64,000 bases of DNA from a virus (taxonomy: Duplodnaviria; Caudoviricetes): positions 2,019 to 66,018 of IMG/VR virus record IMGVR_UViG_3300047509_000125, one strand, 5' to 3'. Positions 59,490 through 64,000 of the stretch are shown piece by piece. The first letter of the stretch is position 1, and the number at the start of each line of letters is the position of its first letter. Under the pieces are notes generated by a model. The model searched no databases and had not been told where the DNA came from. It saw only the letters and a program-made list of their open reading frames with translations. The translations under genes were made by a program, and so were the position numbers.

Positions 59490-60404
59490 ATGAGCAGCTT
59501 GACCTTAGCGTACATCACGGCCCGCGAAGAACCACATAGCGAATGGTTTTTCAGTTCGTTGCGACATCAGTTAGGCGAGAACGACCCGTTACCGAAAGTG
59601 ATGGTGGTTGATCGACTGTTCGACCCGATAAATCGTTTCCCGCACGGTGCTGGTTACGTTGGCCCGATGCAGCGGACAGCGCCAAAACCGACGGTGTGGC
59701 AAGGACCGCATCGGTTGACCAAGGAAGACTGGTTTGCGATGGCCAACGCGCGGAACACTGCACTATGTTTGTGCGATACCGATTGGATTGCCTATGTGGA
59801 TGATCTATCCGTGTTAATGCCGGCGTGGTTAGGGTGCGTGAAAGAGGCAATCAGTGGCAGCTACAACGTCGCGGGCGCTTACCGGAAAGTGAAACAGTTA
59901 GTTGTGGAAGAAGGGATCGTAAAATCCTTTATTCCGTATTCGGATGATGTCCGGATCAGGTTATCGATGGGTTATAAGGTACCATGTGACTGTGACGGTG
60001 GCTGGCTATACGGTTGTTCGTGCGCGTTTCGGGTGGAAGATTTATTGGCGGTAGGCGGTTGGCCCGAGATTTGTGACGGGATTGGGAGCGAAGATTACTG
60101 CCTTGGGATCGCGCTTAAAAACGCCGGGAAACCGTTGATGTATGACCGGAGAATGATGACCTTTGAAGCCGAAGATTTACATGGGATTGGGACACCGTTA
60201 CGTCGGACGGACAAAGGGATTTCACCTAACGACAAGAGTCACGCGTTACTCGGTATAGCGCGATCGAGTGTTTATTACCCGAACTATTTCCCGAGTGGCG
60301 GGATAAAAGCGGAACGTGAACGGGTGTTAAGTGGGAAACATTTTACGCTTGTCCAGATTCCAGATCGAGACTGGTATGATGGACAGTTGTTAGCGGAAAT
60401 GTGA
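59490..60404 (+). CDS. GT-A fold glycosyltransferase (GT2-like)
   Basis: VMVVD, ANARNTAL, IAYVDD, VGGWPE..DG.GSED. Confidence 0.85.
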   Translation: MSSLTLAYITAREEPHSEWFFSSLRHQLGENDPLPKVMVVDRLFDPINRFPHGAGYVGPMQRTAPKPTVWQGPHRLTKEDWFAMANARNTALCLCDTDWIAYVDDLSVLMPAWLGCVKEAISGSYNVAGAYRKVKQLVVEEGIVKSFIPYSDDVRIRLSMGYKVPCDCDGGWLYGCSCAFRVEDLLAVGGWPEICDGIGSEDYCLGIALKNAGKPLMYDRRMMTFEAEDLHGIGTPLRRTDKGISPNDKSHALLGIARSSVYYPNYFPSGGIKAERERVLSGKHFTLVQIPDRDWYDGQLLAEM

Positions 60405-60405
60405 A

Positions 60406-60573
60406 ATGAAATGGCAGCACCTATTAGGACTATCAATCATACTTTTGGTGTTTGGATTTTTTGTATATCAGATGGCAAGGGACATCGGATGGGCGATGAC
60501 GATTAAGTTATGGGCAGTAATCTTATGCGCGAGTATTCTTATATCAATCGCAATTACACTGCTAGCCACATGA
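60406..60573 (+). CDS. Small two-TM membrane protein, not in the ORF track
   Basis: MKWQHLLGLSIILLVFGFFV...; ATGA-coupled to the GroES-like gene. Confidence 0.55.
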   Translation: MKWQHLLGLSIILLVFGFFVYQMARDIGWAMTIKLWAVILCASILISIAITLLAT

Positions 60574-60851
60574 CAAATTTCACTCCGTTAGGCGACATCG
60601 TGATGGTGAAAGAAATCGTTTACGATGAGATCCGCGGGTTCAAGTTACCGGATGAATGCGCGGAGAAACGGTTTCCGGACAAAGGGACAGTTGTAGCGAT
60701 TGGGACCGGAAAAGCGGTTAAAGCGTTGGGATTGAATATCGGTGACGAAATCATTCTGCCAACGGCCGCGCCACATACCTACATGGAGTTAGGAGGGAAC
60801 CGTTACCGGCTGGTCCGGAGTGAGCGCGTGATTGGGAAGATTGAGCGATGA
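60570..60851 (+). CDS. GroES/Cpn10-like co-chaperonin
   Basis: FTPLGD.V.V, G..LPD, GTVVAIGTG, L.IGD.I. Confidence 0.85.
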   Translation: MTNFTPLGDIVMVKEIVYDEIRGFKLPDECAEKRFPDKGTVVAIGTGKAVKALGLNIGDEIILPTAAPHTYMELGGNRYRLVRSERVIGKIER

Positions 60852-61396
60852 GACGGCTACATACCCACGGCCAGTACGCAGAGGATGGCAAGGAGCGTCG
60901 GCTAAAGGTCCGCGAGGAAGCTGGCCATCGTTGTATTCGATGTCACCATCCGTTCGAGACCGGTAAACACGGCAAAGGCGAATGGTCGCCATGCGATAGT
61001 CAGTGTGTTCACGGCGGGCCGATTCGTTACGGTGTTGAAGGCGGCAAGACCAGAATATCGACTGCGGTAGACGAGGCGAATAAAGAAGGAGTCAGGGCAT
61101 TACTGGCAGTTGGGTTTAAGGTCGAAGCCCAATGGCGCATCCTAACGGTTCATCATTTTGATGGCGATAAGGCGAATGACGCATGGTGGAACACAATTGC
61201 GCTCTGTCAGCGGTGTCATTTACAGATTCAATGTAACGTCGATCCTGACATTCCGTTTTTCTTGGAACACACCGAATGGGCGAAACCATACGTCGCGGGT
61301 TTCTACGCCTTCAAGTATGAGGGGCGCATGATTGACCGGGATGAAGCGATTAGGCGAATGGACGAGTTGTTAGCCTACGAAAACATGGAAGCGTAG
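60848..61396 (+). CDS. HNH-type nuclease
   Basis: CIRC...LTVHH.DGDK.N...N..ALCQRCH. Confidence 0.8.
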   Translation: MRRLHTHGQYAEDGKERRLKVREEAGHRCIRCHHPFETGKHGKGEWSPCDSQCVHGGPIRYGVEGGKTRISTAVDEANKEGVRALLAVGFKVEAQWRILTVHHFDGDKANDAWWNTIALCQRCHLQIQCNVDPDIPFFLEHTEWAKPYVAGFYAFKYEGRMIDRDEAIRRMDELLAYENMEA

Positions 61397-61398
61397 CG

Positions 61399-61614
61399 AT
61401 GAGTATTAAAAACGAACCACTAGCGACTGAAAACAAGGACAAAGAAATATGGAGAAAGAAGGTTGGCGATTTTTATTCCCCTAGCATCCACGTTACGGAA
61501 CACGGAAACATAGGGATAAACTGCGGTGGCCATGTGATCGTTATGTCGGTTGAGAAATGGCACGCAGCAGGCAGGCTTAGAATCGCTCTCGATGATCTTT
61601 TGAATCCGCGATGA
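61399..61614 (+). CDS. Hypothetical phage protein
   Basis: ORF in operon. Confidence 0.5.
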   Translation: MSIKNEPLATENKDKEIWRKKVGDFYSPSIHVTEHGNIGINCGGHVIVMSVEKWHAAGRLRIALDDLLNPR

Positions 61615-61760
61615 GAAAAACGACAGTCAAACTACTTCGGCGCACGCATCCTAGGTTGCCTAAACCAGCGTTTCGGAAACTGAAAAAGATGTGGAACCTA
61701 TTGCCGATTCCGGCGTCACATCGCATGGCGAAATCACTTCGGGCACAACTTGAATGACAT

Positions 61761-61967
61761 ATGAAAAAAGAAATTGGATACGATAAGCGACCACGGTTTG
61801 GTTGGTGCGATGATCTAGACAAACAACCGCAGAAGATTGTCGAGAACAAGTCTCCGATTTATTCTCATCCCGTAGTCGTTATACCGTTGCCCTTTATGTC
61901 GCCGAAAACCAAAGCGCTATTCCGCGAGTTTACCAAAGGTTTTTGGAGCAAATTCAGGAAAATCTGA
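61761..61967 (+). CDS. Hypothetical phage protein
   Basis: ORF in operon. Confidence 0.45.
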   Translation: MKKEIGYDKRPRFGWCDDLDKQPQKIVENKSPIYSHPVVVIPLPFMSPKTKALFREFTKGFWSKFRKI

Positions 61968-61969
61968 AA

Positions 61970-62578
61970 ATGATGTTACCCGAAATCATTTCATCCGCGA
62001 TTGACGATTACATTCCCAAGATGGACGGGTGGACTACGACCGAGCGCTGCTGTGAAATAGCCCGAGTAATCTTGGAGAGTAAGGCCCAGGTGTGCGTTGA
62101 CATTGGAGTGTTCGCCGGCCGGTCAACTATCTCGATGGGGTTCGCGGTTAGGCAGCAAGGGTTCGGGCACGTTTACGGGATTGATCCGTGGCGAATTGCT
62201 TACGCGATTGAGGGCGATGATAACGAGGAAAACGCGAAGTGGTGGGTGGAAAAGGCGGATTTAGAGAAGATGCACCAGGAAACTATGGCCGCGATTTGGG
62301 CGCACAATCTTGATCCGTGGGTAACGATTATCCGGAACGCGTCACAATTCGTGGCTCAACTGTTTCCTTCGATTGACGTACTCAATATTGACGGCGCACA
62401 TTCGGAACTCGCGTCATGCCGGGATGTGGAATTATATCTGCCGCGAGTAGTTCATGGTGGATACGCATTTGCCGATGATAGCGACTGGCCGACAACCCAA
62501 AAAGCGATGGAAATGTTAGGCGAATCGTGTGAACTCATCACCAACACCGGGAAAGCAAAAACGTTTTTCAAGAAGTGA
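61970..62578 (+). CDS. Class I SAM-dependent methyltransferase (Methyltransf_24-like)
   Basis: VDIGVFAGRST, VYGIDPW, IDGAH, GG....DD..W. Confidence 0.85.
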   Translation: MMLPEIISSAIDDYIPKMDGWTTTERCCEIARVILESKAQVCVDIGVFAGRSTISMGFAVRQQGFGHVYGIDPWRIAYAIEGDDNEENAKWWVEKADLEKMHQETMAAIWAHNLDPWVTIIRNASQFVAQLFPSIDVLNIDGAHSELASCRDVELYLPRVVHGGYAFADDSDWPTTQKAMEMLGESCELITNTGKAKTFFKK

Positions 62579-62579
62579 T

Positions 62580-62828
62580 ATGACCGCTAAGTCCCTTACA
62601 GGCGTTTGTTATGCCTGCTCCCAACAGGGAGCGTATTCGACTGATTCCTACGCTAAAGCGTTGGCCGCTCTTGTGCGCCTAGCAGAGGCCAACGACAATC
62701 TCTTCAGAATCAAACAAAAGACGGTTGTGGAAAACGTTAAACTCAAAGCTGAATTGAAAACCGCGTTAAATCAGGTGAACTCGTTAGGGCTTTCGGCTTC
62801 GCCGCATAAAACTGATGAAGCACCTTGA
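62580..62828 (+). CDS. Hypothetical protein
   Basis: ORF in operon. Confidence 0.4.
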   Translation: MTAKSLTGVCYACSQQGAYSTDSYAKALAALVRLAEANDNLFRIKQKTVVENVKLKAELKTALNQVNSLGLSASPHKTDEAP

Positions 62829-63306
62829 AATAAGATTCGACGGCGAGACGGCGATACGCTTCTGGTCGCGGGTAGTTACCACTCCGCATTGCTGGTTATG
62901 GACGGGATCGCAGCGAAACGGCTATGGCAGTATGACCATAGATGGCCAAAACGTTTTCGTTCACCGGCTGTCATGGACAGTCAATCGAGGTCCTGTCCCG
63001 AACGGATTGTGTGTGCTTCATAAATGCGACGTTAGGAATTGCGTAAATCCCGATCATTTATTTCTCGGAACTTACAAAGACAACGCCCAGGACGCCTCAC
63101 GTAAGGGACGGCAGAAAAATCAGAACAGCGGCAAGACGCATTGCAAGCACGGGCACGCGCTCACGGCAGGTAACACCTATATATCAATACGGCAAGGTAA
63201 GCCCCATCGAGCTTGTAGGACGTGTGTATTAACCCGTGGCGCACTGCGCGACCGTCACGCTGAATATCTGCGCTTCAAACAACGGAAGGAACACAATGGA
63301 AGATGA
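62815..63306 (+). CDS. HNH homing endonuclease
   Basis: RFW..V...CWLWTG...GYG...HR.SW...LHKCD.RNCVNPDHLFLGT..DN; KTHC.HGH...CRTC. Confidence 0.9.
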   Translation: MKHLEIRFDGETAIRFWSRVVTTPHCWLWTGSQRNGYGSMTIDGQNVFVHRLSWTVNRGPVPNGLCVLHKCDVRNCVNPDHLFLGTYKDNAQDASRKGRQKNQNSGKTHCKHGHALTAGNTYISIRQGKPHRACRTCVLTRGALRDRHAEYLRFKQRKEHNGR

Positions 63307-63356
63307 CGTGCCAACGAACGAAACACGCGAGGACTTCGGTGATAGGGACATTTCGT

Positions 63357-63391
63357 GAGAAACAGAGAAACAGAGAAACAGAGAAACAGAG
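63357..63391 (+). repeat. 4 x 8-bp tandem repeat GAGAAACA
   Basis: Direct reading; lies just upstream of ATG 63406. Confidence 0.85.
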
Positions 63392-63405
63392 TAGAAAGGT
63401 AGAAA

Positions 63406-63555
63406 ATGAACGATAAAGAAAAAACAACCGCAGATGCGCTGCTCGACAAGCTAGCGAAAGCCGCACCCGAAGATGTTGTTCAATTCGCACAGGCATATCA
63501 GGCCCTGACGCAAGGCGCGACAAATCGCACAAACGCGGAAAGAAATTCCAAGTAA
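63406..63555 (+). CDS. Small hypothetical protein (49 aa)
   Basis: AAAGGT SD-like sequence upstream; followed by a GGAGCA/TGCTCC hairpin. Confidence 0.5.
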   Translation: MNDKEKTTADALLDKLAKAAPEDVVQFAQAYQALTQGATNRTNAERNSK

Positions 63556-63654
63556 TGGTTTAACCGGAGCATGAAGTTACTAAGTGCTCCCATACCATCA
63601 CTGGAACCAGTGGCAAGCGACGCAGCCAAAGGCATGACGTAAACCCATAACAAT

Positions 63655-64000
63655 ATGAAAACATCTGATTCTGAGCGTGTACACCCAAACAGGGAGAAGC
63701 AACACGCTTTGTTGCTTGAATTGGTTGTGTCGTGGCGAGACCACAAGATTTCTGACGGTGCTGCAATGATGGTCGTGAACTGGATTGTTAATCCGCCCGT
63801 GATTACCGAACAGGACATTGCCACGGCTCGCCGCATCGTCTCAGAACACCCGGAATGGTCTTCGGCTGAACGTCAAGCCGACGAGCGAGTAGGACTGGAA
63901 CCTCACGAAGAATGGAATGAAGTAAAAAGACAAATGGTCGAACGCATTGGAGCGAACCAAGCCGACGAGCGAGTAGAAGTGATAACCAGAGGACCAGACA
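63655..64000 (+). CDS. Modular QADERV-repeat protein, open at the window end; paralog of 7608-7901
   Basis: MKTSDSERVHPNR...AERQADERVGLEPHEEW... Confidence 0.65.
   Translation, partial: MKTSDSERVHPNREKQHALLLELVVSWRDHKISDGAAMMVVNWIVNPPVITEQDIATARRIVSEHPEWSSAERQADERVGLEPHEEWNEVKRQMVERIGANQADERVEVITRGPD
63874..64000 (+). repeat. 127-bp direct repeat, copy 2
   Basis: Identical to 7749-7875 up to the last base of the window. Confidence 0.95.

Larger units (their letters stand above)
1..64000. mobile_element. Tailed dsDNA bacteriophage sequence, podovirus-like; 7749-63873 can close as a 56,125-bp circle
   Basis: Portal, scaffold, capsid, terminase, lysis and recombination genes; dense ATGA/GTGA-coupled ORFs; no host housekeeping genes; window end identical to 7749-7875. 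Confidence 0.95.

Noticed and set aside
63874-64000. Diversity-generating retroelement TR/VR pair
   Set aside because: The copies are identical rather than adenine-mutated and no reverse transcriptase is present
1-64000. Integrated prophage with att sites or host flanks
   Set aside because: No integrase, repressor pair or bacterial housekeeping genes recognised; lifestyle remains undetermined

Overview
The whole window is tailed dsDNA phage (Caudoviricetes) sequence, probably podovirus-like. It has a portal, scaffold, major capsid protein and large internal/ejection proteins, and no recognisable tape measure, sheath, integrase or DNA polymerase. Pro-Thr-linked secreted proteins, a DUF642-like domain and an outer-membrane beta-barrel suggest a Verrucomicrobiota (Chthoniobacterales-like) host; this is inference. 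The last 127 bp (63874-64000) are identical to 7749-7875, so 7749-63873 closes into a 56,125-bp circle that appears to hold a complete gene set. The segment 1-7748 carries a second, redundant replication/recombination module and may come from a related phage joined at a shared modular gene. Main points of interest: a PurD-like ATP-grasp ligase paired with a HExxE zincin-like protein inside the virion operon; a DUF6496-like gene with a perfect Shine-Dalgarno nested out of frame in the 1731-aa ParB/HExxH ejection protein; two giant signal-peptide-bearing beta-helix proteins after the capsid gene, one with a clan GH-A hydrolase domain; a GT2/methyltransferase/GH130-like glycan kit; a 117-nt tRNA-like element flanked by a perfect 14-bp direct repeat; a parS-like palindrome near the presumed packaging region; and a leader-peptide/RBS-sequestering hairpin ahead of the helicase. 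All family calls come from motif recognition by eye; no searches were run.
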